DNA of 64,000 nt from Syntrophorhabdus sp. PtaB.Bin047 (GTDB lineage Bacteria; Desulfobacterota; Syntrophorhabdia; Syntrophorhabdales; Syntrophorhabdaceae): positions 70 through 64,069 of the forward strand of contig MVQP01000006.1 of NCBI GenBank assembly GCA_002067235.1, read 5' to 3'. Shown here in pieces: positions 1 to 8,577 of this stretch. The translations under genes and the position numbers were made by a program. The notes beneath the pieces are model-generated. The model did not search any database. It was not told the origin of the DNA and saw only the letters and a list, made by a program, of their open reading frames with translations. Every line of letters begins with the position of its first letter. Positions within the stretch are counted from its first letter, which is position 1.

Positions 1-29
1 TTGCTGGAACCTGAAACGTGAAACGGTCT

Positions 30-1538
30 TCACTTTGTCGTTGCCGTTGCCACCTGGGAGGCGATCCAGCCTGTGCGGTTGCCGTAGAGGCCTACCTTGT
101 ACCACTTCATTCCTGTATTGTCGCTGCGTTCATCGAGGATGGGCAGGATCTCGCCCTGGACGATTGTGAGGATCCGCTGGGACTCTATGCCAGGACCGCT
201 TCGGATGTTGGCTGCCGGTGCCCGGACGATAGCGACACGGTTCTGGGTGGACTCGTTCTTCTTCTTCATTTCGTCCTTGAAGGCGGCTATCACATCCTTT
301 TCGGGAGGGGCCTCAGCCTGTGTTTGGGGACGCGTTTCGCCAGTCTCCTGCTGATCTTTCGGCTGAGCGCTCTCGACAGCCGGTTCCTTCGGCACTTCCG
401 GTTTCTGGACTTCCTTTATGACGATAGTGTTCTGCGGTTGTTTTGTGGCCAGGACGAAACGGTACCCCGCCGCCCCGATGAAGATGAAGAGCAGGATGAG
501 CAGCGTTACCAATACGGGTTTCAGGTATTGACGGGAGCTGGAATCGAAAAACGTCGTGCTGGCGCTGTGTGAGACGTATTCCAGGGGAGGCGCCGGGTTA
601 CGCATGGCCGCAGCCGTGTCGCTCGGTGCCCGAACGGTCTCCTTCGGTGCTTCCCCCCTGTCGGCAACGATGTAGGGCAGGCTCTCTCCCCTTCCGCTCA
701 TGGAGTTGATGGCCTTGGAAACCTCCTTGAAACCTATCTTTCGGGTCTTATCATTGTAACCGTTGAGGAGGGCAAGGTCGGACACGGCGATGATGGTCCG
801 GGGGAGGCCCTTGGAGTACTTATGGATGATCTCGAGGGCGTCCTGGGCGAAGATCTCGCGGGCGACATCGAGCCCGGCCTTGTTAAGACGATACCGGATC
901 AATTCCCGGGTTTCCTCGAATCTCAGCGGGGTGAAGTAGTAACGGACGGGAAGCCTCTGCCAGAATTCGGGCATCTCCTGCAGGGTGTCCCAGAGTGCCT
1001 TCTGGCCGGAGAGTATGAAGGTGTGGAGATACTCGTTGTTGTGGGTGAGGTTGATGAGTACCCGGAGCTCCTGCAGGACGTTGCGGGCCTCGCAGAGCAT
1101 CTGCCCCTCATCGATCACAATGATGCTCTTGCCGCCCTCCTGTCGTGCCGCGATAAGGGAATCCTTCAGGGTCGTGAGGTTCCTCAGTTTGTCCTCTGCC
1201 GGCATCTCTCCGGTGATGAGGCCCGTGATCTGTCCGATCATCTGATCGGAAGTGAGGGTCGGGTGGTCGACGAAGGCGTACCGGAAATGCGAACCGTACT
1301 CGGCCTTCATCTCGTCGATCAGCTTTAGCAGGATGGTGGTCTTGCCAAGTCCCGCGTCCTCGGAGGCGACGACAACGCCGCCCTTGTTCGTACTGATGGC
1401 GTATTTGAGGCGCTCAAAACACTCAAAGTACTGTCCCGTCACACACATCATGCTTCCGTCGGGGGCGAGGAGAAATGGATGGTGGTCAAGGCCCCAGTAC
1501 CTGAGATACTCCTCGGTCATGGCTTGCAGATCTTGCAT
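30..1538 (-). CDS. ExeA/GspA-like AAA+ ATPase with one TM segment and a C-terminal SH3b-like domain
   Basis: 502-aa ORF. Walker A 'EDAGLGKTT' and Walker B 'IIVIDEGQ'. Hydrophobic 'PVLVTLLILLFIFIGAAGY', then a P/E/K-rich linker. C-terminal 'IRSGPG...GMKWYKV...GWI' is SH3b-like. Its start overlaps the stop of the upstream nuclease gene by 22 nt. Confidence 0.75.
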   Translation of the reverse strand: MQDLQAMTEEYLRYWGLDHHPFLLAPDGSMMCVTGQYFECFERLKYAISTNKGGVVVASEDAGLGKTTILLKLIDEMKAEYGSHFRYAFVDHPTLTSDQMIGQITGLITGEMPAEDKLRNLTTLKDSLIAARQEGGKSIIVIDEGQMLCEARNVLQELRVLINLTHNNEYLHTFILSGQKALWDTLQEMPEFWQRLPVRYYFTPLRFEETRELIRYRLNKAGLDVAREIFAQDALEIIHKYSKGLPRTIIAVSDLALLNGYNDKTRKIGFKEVSKAINSMSGRGESLPYIVADRGEAPKETVRAPSDTAAAMRNPAPPLEYVSHSASTTFFDSSSRQYLKPVLVTLLILLFIFIGAAGYRFVLATKQPQNTIVIKEVQKPEVPKEPAVESAQPKDQQETGETRPQTQAEAPPEKDVIAAFKDEMKKKNESTQNRVAIVRAPAANIRSGPGIESQRILTIVQGEILPILDERSDNTGMKWYKVGLYGNRTGWIASQVATATTK

Positions 1539-2137
1539 GGTACGTAACCTATTTTAATAGCATCGCTTCTGTTATGAAAGACAATTTTCGATTTCTCAGG
1601 GACCTTCTCAACCATCTTGCATGTCGGCCTGTGAAAGGTGGACGTCCGCTTGTTGCCGACATAATGCTTCTCCGTATCCTCTTTCTTCTCCGACCAGATT
1701 CCCTTGTCATCAGCCCTTGCCCTTTTCTCAGCATCGAGGAGAGCGTTCCTGTACTTGACGTTGGGACCCGTGACATCCGCTCTGGCATAGCCGTTCCTGA
1801 TCAGATCGGTGTTGACGAGGGTCTTCTTGACGAAGACGTAGGCCAGGAGATTTCCCTTTTCGTCCTTTTTCTTCGTGTCGAATTCCAGCCTGACCTTTTT
1901 CATGAAGACGAGTCTTTTGTTGTAGCCGACGGCCTGTCTGGCGTAGAATTCGGCCCCGCCTTCCTTTCTATTGAGTTCCGGGGTGGCCACCCCGATATAT
2001 TTTACGATCTCTCCCGACTCAAGCTGAACGGTCTCGCCGTCGATGATCTTCCGGACCACGTAGTCTTTGGCTAGGGCAACACTGAAGGGGAAGATCAGCA
2101 CGGCAAGCAGGACTGAGGCGATGTATCTCCTGAGCAT
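1517..2137 (-). CDS. secreted staphylococcal-nuclease (SNase/thermonuclease) family protein with a C-terminal Cys motif (Ada-type Zn-binding-like)
   Basis: 206-aa ORF with signal peptide 'MLRRYIASVLLAVLIFPFSVALA'. SNase-like core: 'IDGETVQL', 'YIGVATPE', 'GNLLAYVF', 'NTDLIRNGYA'. C-terminus 'FHRPTC...GYVPCKICKP'. Confidence 0.75.
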   Translation of the reverse strand: MLRRYIASVLLAVLIFPFSVALAKDYVVRKIIDGETVQLESGEIVKYIGVATPELNRKEGGAEFYARQAVGYNKRLVFMKKVRLEFDTKKKDEKGNLLAYVFVKKTLVNTDLIRNGYARADVTGPNVKYRNALLDAEKRARADDKGIWSEKKEDTEKHYVGNKRTSTFHRPTCKMVEKVPEKSKIVFHNRSDAIKIGYVPCKICKP

Positions 2138-2339
2138 ACTGTTGATGATTGTACACTATTTTGCTCCACCAGGAAACAAATATCAGGAATGGAGCCGACC
2201 ATTGATGGACCGGAGTGGGGTTGTTTCAGGGGCGCCGGGTTTGGCTCCGGGGAGCTGGGGATACTCCGGATGGTTTCGGGTGACGGCGTGAAACAGGGAG
2301 GGAATGGGGCCGGTGTGGACCCGCGAAGCGGTTATCGGG

Positions 2340-2370
2340 AAAAAAAGGGGAGCGGATCACCCCGCTCCCC
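2340..2370 (-). terminator. intrinsic terminator of the minus-strand beta-oxidation operon
   Basis: Stem GGGGAGCGG (2347-2355) pairs with CCGCTCCCC (2362-2370) around a 6-nt loop. An A-run at 2340-2346 gives a U-tract on the minus strand. It lies 22 nt after the stop at 2392. Confidence 0.65.
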
Positions 2371-2391
2371 TTTGTTACCCTCAGGTGTGTG

Positions 2392-2889
2392 TTACTTTTT
2401 CACCGGTTCAAAGGCGAAAAACACCCTTTCAGACATGATGGTGCCCTGTTTGCCCTTGTCGATGGGAAGCGCGGGGACCGGGAAGACGGCGAGCTGTACT
2501 TCGTCGCCCTGCTTCAGCGTTCCGGCGGCGCAGTTGACTATTCTTGTCAGAACCCTTCTCGCGGGGTCGACGCCGAGGTCAACGACCGCGTGGATCAGGG
2601 GTGAATCGAATCCGAGGGGCACGCCCTTGACCTCTTCGGAGAAGACGATGACTTTTCCCTTCGTGGGAAGATCGGTGTATTCAAGGTCTTCGGAATAGCA
2701 CTCCGGGCAGATGACCCTGGGAGGGTACGCTACATGCCCGCAGCTCTTGCATTTCGTCGTGGTCAGTCTCCCGGCCTTCAGATTCTCGTAGAACTGCCAG
2801 GACCTGTTGAACTCTTTAGCCTCGAGAGGCCACATATCCATCGTTGATGGGTAAAGGTCTTCAAGTATCGGGATTCCCAAAACAGCCAT
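2392..2889 (-). CDS. DUF35-type Zn-ribbon/OB-fold protein (thiolase partner, BbsA-like)
   Basis: 165 aa. Zinc ribbon 'CKSCGHVAYPPRVICPEC'. Lies immediately downstream of the thiolase-like gene, as in known thiolase/DUF35 pairs. Confidence 0.8.
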   Translation of the reverse strand: MAVLGIPILEDLYPSTMDMWPLEAKEFNRSWQFYENLKAGRLTTTKCKSCGHVAYPPRVICPECYSEDLEYTDLPTKGKVIVFSEEVKGVPLGFDSPLIHAVVDLGVDPARRVLTRIVNCAAGTLKQGDEVQLAVFPVPALPIDKGKQGTIMSERVFFAFEPVKK

Positions 2890-2899
2890 AGTTTCCTCC

Positions 2900-4084
2900 T
2901 TATTTTACTGGTGTTCTGCCGTAGACCAGGATCGTATGTTCTGCGTTGGCCCCGCTGAGGTTGTGCGTGAGCCCGATGTCTGCGTCCTTCACCTGGTGGC
3001 GTGCTCTGCCCTGCAGCTGTTTCATGATCTCAGTACCCTGCCGGATCCCCGTAGCGCCAAAAGGATGGCCCACTGCCAGCAATCCGCCGTCGGTATTGAC
3101 GGGAACCTTTCCGCCTATCTCTATCTGCTTGGACCGGCAGAACTCTCCGCCTTCGCCTTTCTTGCAGAATCCGAGCTCTTCAACCTCGATGACCTCGGAG
3201 ATGGAGAAACAATCGTGTGTCTGGGCGACCTTGATGTCGCTTGCCGAAACCTTCGCCCGTCCGTATGCCTTCTCGGCCGCGATCCTCGTGTGCTTCCAGT
3301 CGGCAAGATGCGCGCCGGGGAAGTTTGCCGAAACGCTGTTGAGGCAGGTCTGCGCGGTGCCCCTGATGTAAACGAGGGGTCTGTCAGTGAACTTTCTGGC
3401 TATTTCTTCCGTTGTGATGATGCAGGCAGCAGCGCCGTCCGTGATGGGGCAGCAATCGTAGAGTGTCAGCGGCGGGACAACGATGGGTGCGCCCATCGCT
3501 TCCTCAAGGGTGAGTGCCTTCTGCATCTGGGCCACCGGGTTCGTGGCCGCGTAGTTATAGTTGGCCACGGAGACGGCCGCGAGATCTTCTTTCTTCGTGC
3601 CGTAGTGCATCATGTGCTCCTGAGCGGTAAGCGCGAAGAAGGGAGGCGGAAGGCCCATGCCGTGTACGCCGTCCCAGTCGTGGTCGACTGACGCGAGTTC
3701 GCTGTAGAACACTTCCCATTTCTGCGGCGTGTAGAGCTTCTCGCCGCCCGCTGCCATCACGATGTCGGCTGCGCCTGCTTCCACAAGGCCCTTTGCCAGG
3801 ATGATGGCGGTTGAGCCGCCCGCGCAAAGCGTGTCGCAGCGCGTGCAGATGGAGGTGGGTTTCAGACCGCATCTCTCAGCGATGACAGGCGCGGTGTTTA
3901 CCTGAAACGAACACCTTCCGGCATAGGACGTGGCCACGATGAGCCCGTCTATGTCTTTGGGTTTCAGGTTGGGGACGTCGTCGAGGCAGGCTTTGGCCGC
4001 TTCCTGGAACAGGTCCACAATGTGGGCCTCTCTGACACCCCATTTGCATTGGCCGCCGGCCAATATAACTGCATTTCGTGCCAT
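2900..4084 (-). CDS. SCP-x/archaeal-type thiolase-like protein (acetyl-CoA C-acyltransferase family)
   Basis: 394 aa. Thiolase-like 'TRCDTLCAGGSTAI' nucleophile region and C-terminal 'GHPFGATG'. Confidence 0.85.
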   Translation of the reverse strand: MARNAVILAGGQCKWGVREAHIVDLFQEAAKACLDDVPNLKPKDIDGLIVATSYAGRCSFQVNTAPVIAERCGLKPTSICTRCDTLCAGGSTAIILAKGLVEAGAADIVMAAGGEKLYTPQKWEVFYSELASVDHDWDGVHGMGLPPPFFALTAQEHMMHYGTKKEDLAAVSVANYNYAATNPVAQMQKALTLEEAMGAPIVVPPLTLYDCCPITDGAAACIITTEEIARKFTDRPLVYIRGTAQTCLNSVSANFPGAHLADWKHTRIAAEKAYGRAKVSASDIKVAQTHDCFSISEVIEVEELGFCKKGEGGEFCRSKQIEIGGKVPVNTDGGLLAVGHPFGATGIRQGTEIMKQLQGRARHQVKDADIGLTHNLSGANAEHTILVYGRTPVK

Positions 4085-4120
4085 ACATTCCTCCTTATAC
4101 TTGTAACAGAGTTGATCCTT

Positions 4121-4903
4121 CTACTTGCCCTTATAGTTGGGTTTTCTCTTCTCCACGAACGCGTTGATCCCCTCGCGTCCATCCTCAGACGTGAATGCGA
4201 TCGAGAAAGAGTCCATTTCCAGGGTCAATCCGGTTGCTATGTCGGTGTCCATGCCTGTATCAACACATTTCTTGATGAGGGCAAGGGCCGCCTTCGGTTT
4301 GGCGGCAAGTTTCGCGGCCCATTTCTTCGCTTCTTCCATCAGTTGCTCTCTCGGCACCACCTTGTTGACGAGGCCGACACGATATGCCTCCTGGGCATTG
4401 ACGTTGTCGCCGAAGAAGAGCATCTCTTTCGCCTTCGGGAGCCCGACCAGCCGGGGGAGGCGCTGGGTCGCGCCGGAACCGGGCATGATGCCGAGATTGA
4501 TCTCGGGGACTCCAAAGACGGCGTCTTCCGATGCTATGCGGAGGTCGCAGCAGATCGCAACCTCACAGCCGCCGCCGAGGGCCAGGCCGAAAACGGCTGC
4601 TATCGTCGGTTTCGCGATCGATGTAAGCTTGTCGAAGGTCTTCCTCGGTGCCGTCCAGAGGAAGTCGAGTGTTTCCACGGCGGATTTTCCCATGACGTCC
4701 TTCACGTCGAGACCTGCACCGAAAGCCTTGTCGCCATTTCCGGTGATGATGATGGCGCCAATAGAGCTGTCGTTCTCGAGATCGACGATCGCGTCGTAGA
4801 GGTCGTAGTATGACTGGACACTCAAGGGGTTCACCGGAGGCCGGTTCAACTTGATGATCCCGACCGGTGCCTCTTTCTCAACTATAATAGTTTCGTAGGC
4901 CAT
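4121..4903 (-). CDS. enoyl-CoA hydratase (crotonase family)
   Basis: 260 aa. 'AFGAGLDV' and 'LGGGCEVAICCD' oxyanion-hole regions typical of crotonases. Confidence 0.9.
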   Translation of the reverse strand: MAYETIIVEKEAPVGIIKLNRPPVNPLSVQSYYDLYDAIVDLENDSSIGAIIITGNGDKAFGAGLDVKDVMGKSAVETLDFLWTAPRKTFDKLTSIAKPTIAAVFGLALGGGCEVAICCDLRIASEDAVFGVPEINLGIMPGSGATQRLPRLVGLPKAKEMLFFGDNVNAQEAYRVGLVNKVVPREQLMEEAKKWAAKLAAKPKAALALIKKCVDTGMDTDIATGLTLEMDSFSIAFTSEDGREGINAFVEKRKPNYKGK

Positions 4904-4926
4904 GGGAGCCCTCCTTTACGGGTGTC

Positions 4927-5787
4927 TTACTTTGAGTAGTCGTACCAGCCTTTTCCGCTCTTGCGACCGAGGTTGCTTGATTTCACCAGGTTCTTGAGCG
5001 TGAGGGGAGGATCCCATTTCAGTTCCTTCGGCAGGTTGTCATAGAAATACTGCTGAACGTGGAGGTTGATGTCGAGTCCCGTGAGGTCCATCAGTTCGAA
5101 AGGCCCCATGGGGTAGTTGAGACCGAGCTTTGCCGCCTTGTCGATGTCTTCCTTGGAGGCAATGCCCTGCTCGTATAGTTTGATGGCTTCGATGAAGTGG
5201 GGGACCATCAGTCTGTTGACGAGGAAACCGGGGATGTCGACCTTGACCTCGACGGGCTCCTTCCCGAACTTTCTCGTGAGGTCGATCGTGGCCGCGACGG
5301 TTGCGTCACTGGTCTGGACCCCGCGGATGACCTCGACGAGCTTCATGAGGGGAACAGGGTTGAAGAAGTGCATACCCACGACCTTGTCGGGCCTCTTCGT
5401 CGCAGTCGCCATCTCCGTGAGTGACATGGATGACGTGTTCGAGGAGAGGATGACGTCCGGTTTCGTTATCTCGTCAAGTTCGGCGAATACTTTCTTCTTT
5501 ATGTCCATTATCTCGACAACGACCTCAACGACGAAGTCGGCGTCCTTCATGGCTCCCATATCCGTGGTGCCTTTGATCCTGCCCATGATAGCGGCCTTGT
5601 CGTCCGCGGACATCTTGCCCTTCTCGACGGTTTTGGCCAGGAACTTGTCTATGTTCTTGATCCCGCCTTCCACGAACCTGTCCTCGATATCCCTCAGGAT
5701 GACGTTGTAGCCCGCCATCGAAGCCACCTGAGCGATACCGTTACCCATAACGCCGGCACCCAGAACTCCGATTGTCTTTATGTCCAT
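4927..5787 (-). CDS. hbd: 3-hydroxybutyryl/3-hydroxyacyl-CoA dehydrogenase
   Basis: 286 aa. N-terminal Rossmann 'IGVLGAGVMGNGIAQV', 'SNTSS' and 'HFFNPVP' motifs. Confidence 0.9.
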   Translation of the reverse strand: MDIKTIGVLGAGVMGNGIAQVASMAGYNVILRDIEDRFVEGGIKNIDKFLAKTVEKGKMSADDKAAIMGRIKGTTDMGAMKDADFVVEVVVEIMDIKKKVFAELDEITKPDVILSSNTSSMSLTEMATATKRPDKVVGMHFFNPVPLMKLVEVIRGVQTSDATVAATIDLTRKFGKEPVEVKVDIPGFLVNRLMVPHFIEAIKLYEQGIASKEDIDKAAKLGLNYPMGPFELMDLTGLDINLHVQQYFYDNLPKELKWDPPLTLKNLVKSSNLGRKSGKGWYDYSK

Positions 5788-5976
5788 ACAGCCCCTCCTA
5801 TAAAGTGATTTTTTGGAAAAATTAAAAAATTCACATGCCCGTATATCTAACTATTATTGGGCATCACGTGTCAACTGTTTTCGTCGCCTAAAGCCAATAT
5901 TATTGCGGGGTACGGGGCCAATGGCCTCGGGTTGGAACACCGGGGCGGTCCAGCCTTCCAATGCCCATTTTCCGGA

Positions 5977-6885
5977 TTAACCTGTTTTACCCGCGAGATG
6001 GGCGACCCGTGTCTTGAGATTCAGGAGGTATGCCCTCTCGGGTTGCTTTGGTCCCGGGTTGGGGTCGTACTCTTCCTCCTTGATGCGTTCGACAACTCTC
6101 TCCACCGATTCTTTCTCTATCGCGAGCAATTCCATGACGCGCCGGCGGAACGAGAAGGCTGCCTCGAGGGATGAATCGAAGAAGTCTCTCACATCGCGGC
6201 CAGTATAAACAAAATGATGACCCTGACAGAAGATGTCCGCGTCAAGCGCGGCGAGGCGCTTGAGGGATGTTATATAGGCGTCGAAGTCGACGAGGAACTC
6301 GCTGACGATCTGCCCAGTCTGACTGCGGCAGCCGGCCGATTCGGTGGCTATGAGGATACGGCGGTCCGGCACGTAGTAGCTCAGCATGTCCCGCGTGTGC
6401 CCGGGTGTGAAAAGGACCTGCACATGGAGCGAAGGATCGATGGTGAAGGTTTGCTCGCTCTCGAAAACACGATCAATGGCGAAGGGCTCGAAGGAGGAGT
6501 GGAGAATGGCGCTCCCGTCGATGTCGGGTGACGCTTCCGCGAGTCGGGTGAAGTTGCGGCTCAGAGACGTCATGAGTTCGATGGCGTTGGGGCGGCGGAG
6601 GATCTCGCTTGCCCGCTTCGACGCGCATATCGTAATGCCCGGAAAGACCTTCCTGAAATACGCGGCAGCGCCGCAGTGATCGTAGTGGACGTGGGTAAGG
6701 AAAAGGTGGGACGGGTCTTTCGTGCCGGTGACCTCTCGGATGTCCCTGGCGTACAGGGGACCCATGGAGTAAAAGCCGGCCTCGAACAGGACAGGCGTGG
6801 CGCCGTTCAAGAGATATGCCGGCGACCATGCAAGCCCTGTCACATGAAAATCGCGGTCAACGTGTCCTGTCGTGCTGACGATCAT
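5977..6885 (-). CDS. MBL-fold metallo-hydrolase
   Basis: 302 aa with 'THVHYDHCG' (HxHxDH) metal motif. Confidence 0.75.
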   Translation of the reverse strand: MIVSTTGHVDRDFHVTGLAWSPAYLLNGATPVLFEAGFYSMGPLYARDIREVTGTKDPSHLFLTHVHYDHCGAAAYFRKVFPGITICASKRASEILRRPNAIELMTSLSRNFTRLAEASPDIDGSAILHSSFEPFAIDRVFESEQTFTIDPSLHVQVLFTPGHTRDMLSYYVPDRRILIATESAGCRSQTGQIVSEFLVDFDAYITSLKRLAALDADIFCQGHHFVYTGRDVRDFFDSSLEAAFSFRRRVMELLAIEKESVERVVERIKEEEYDPNPGPKQPERAYLLNLKTRVAHLAGKTG

Positions 6886-7055
6886 GCTTTTCTTCTTGCC
6901 ATCCAGGTGAATTAATTATATAAAAGCACAAGGGCTTATGCAAGGATTCTCGCTGTCGTCCGGGGTGAACCGGCCTTTCGGGGGGAAGGCGGGTCGTACC
7001 GTCGTTAACCACCGTAAATCATTGGTAAACGTTTATCATATTCATCAGAATTAGC

Positions 7056-7085
7056 TTGACAGGCGAAAAGCCCTTTTGCTAAGAT
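7056..7085 (+). promoter_or_regulatory. candidate sigma70-type promoter for the acyl-CoA dehydrogenase operon
   Basis: TTGACA (7056-7061), 18-nt spacer, TAAGAT (7080-7085). The ATG at 7149 is preceded by AAAGGAGAG. A 10-bp perfect palindrome TAAACGTTTA lies at 7026-7035 just upstream. Confidence 0.4.
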
Positions 7086-7148
7086 AGGTTTGCTAATTGT
7101 TTCACAATATTGCCCCACAAAATACCGCCAAAGAAAGGAGAGTAAAAT

Positions 7149-8303
7149 ATGGATTTCAAGATTTCCGATGAACTCGAGTCAATGCGTAAAATGGCGTACG
7201 ATTTTGCAGTAAAGAATATCAAACCGACGATGGAAGAAGATGAGAAAGAGCATAAATATCGCCCTGAGATCATGAAGAAAATGGGCGATCAGGGCATGTT
7301 CGCCTGTCTGGCACCCGAGAAGTTCGGCGGCCTGGGACTGGAAGAAGGCAACATGGCTGCAACCCTCATGGCGATAGAGGTCGCAAGGGTCAGCCCGTCA
7401 TGGGGTCTTCCCTTCAACCTTCAGATGAACGGTCCGCAGAACGTTCTCCTGAAGTTTGGCACGGATGCGCAGAAAGAACAGTTCCTTCCCGGTCTTATCG
7501 CTGGAACGAGCGGCGGATGCTTTGCCATCACAGAGCCCAACTCAGGGTCGGATGTGGCCAGCATGAAGACGACGGCGACGGAGGTCGACGACGGCTTTAT
7601 CCTCAACGGCTCCAAGACCTGGATCTCGGGTGTTCCCTACTGCGGTTGCGGCGTTGTGTACGCGATGACGGACAAAGCGGCGAAGCACAAAGGCATGTCC
7701 GCTTTCTTCATCGATTTCAACACACCCGGAGTCGTTCAGAGGGCCATCACGACGAAACTCGGTCTCCACTGCGCACCGACGGGCGAGATATTCTTCGAGG
7801 AAGCGAAGATCCCGAAGAGCGCCCTTCTCGGCAAACTGGGCCAGGGTTTCAACATCTGTATGACGATGCTGAACTCCACCCGCTTGAGCTCAGCGGCAAG
7901 GGCCGTTGGCGTGGCGGAGAGTTGTATTGAGGAAGCCTGCAAGTACGCGAATGAAAGGGAGCAGTTCGGCCAGCCCATAGGCCAGTTCCAGATGGTTCAG
8001 GAGCAGATCGGCCGCATGTCCGTCGAGCATGAGGCGGCAAAGCTTCTCGTCTTAAGGTGTGCATGGCAGAAGGACCAGGGAATGAACAACACCCTCGAGA
8101 CCTCGATGGCGAAGTATTACGCGGCTGAGTCGGCGAACTTCTGCGCCTCGGAAGCCGTGAAGATCTTCGGTTCCTACGGGTTCTCCTCCGAGTACCCTGT
8201 CGAGAGGTACCTGAGAGACGCCAAGTCCTATCAGATCGTCGAAGGAACGTCCAACGTCCAGAAGATGATCATCGCCCAGTTTGCCCTGGGATACAGAAAG
8301 TAA
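7149..8303 (+). CDS. acyl-CoA dehydrogenase
   Basis: 384 aa. ACAD architecture with 'CFAITEPNSGSD' and C-terminal 'YQIVEGTSNVQ' (catalytic Glu region). Confidence 0.9.
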   Translation: MDFKISDELESMRKMAYDFAVKNIKPTMEEDEKEHKYRPEIMKKMGDQGMFACLAPEKFGGLGLEEGNMAATLMAIEVARVSPSWGLPFNLQMNGPQNVLLKFGTDAQKEQFLPGLIAGTSGGCFAITEPNSGSDVASMKTTATEVDDGFILNGSKTWISGVPYCGCGVVYAMTDKAAKHKGMSAFFIDFNTPGVVQRAITTKLGLHCAPTGEIFFEEAKIPKSALLGKLGQGFNICMTMLNSTRLSSAARAVGVAESCIEEACKYANEREQFGQPIGQFQMVQEQIGRMSVEHEAAKLLVLRCAWQKDQGMNNTLETSMAKYYAAESANFCASEAVKIFGSYGFSSEYPVERYLRDAKSYQIVEGTSNVQKMIIAQFALGYRK

Positions 8304-8335
8304 TCGAGTGAGTCAATCCTGAAGGAGGTAATTGT

Positions 8336-8551
8336 ATGGCTACTGAAGTAACATGTCCCATGGTAGGAAAGATTGTTAAGGTTGATGTCAAGGTCGGCGA
8401 CAAGGTGGCTGAGGATGATCAGGTTGCAATCCTCGAGGCAATGAAGATGGAAATGCCGATCGTTGCCCCGGCAGCCGGAACCGTCAAGGAGATCTTTGTT
8501 GAGGCCGGTCAGGAAGTCGAAGCGGACACGGTCATCGCAACCTTGGAATAG
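8336..8551 (+). CDS. stand-alone biotinyl carrier domain protein (GcdC/OadA-C-terminal-like)
   Basis: 71 aa with canonical biotin attachment motif 'LEAMKMEMP'. Confidence 0.85.
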   Translation: MATEVTCPMVGKIVKVDVKVGDKVAEDDQVAILEAMKMEMPIVAPAAGTVKEIFVEAGQEVEADTVIATLE

Positions 8552-8577
8552 CAAAAAACAAAAAGGGGGAGAAGCTT

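Noticed and set aside
18-572. 184-aa plus-strand ORF at the window start
   Set aside because: It lies entirely inside the ExeA-like ATPase gene on the opposite strand and has no motifs.
30-2137. AAA ATPase + nuclease pair considered as an intracellular anti-phage defence system
   Set aside because: The nuclease has a clear secretion signal and the ATPase looks like an ExeA-type envelope protein with an external SH3b domain. Neither fits a cytoplasmic DNA-targeting defence module.
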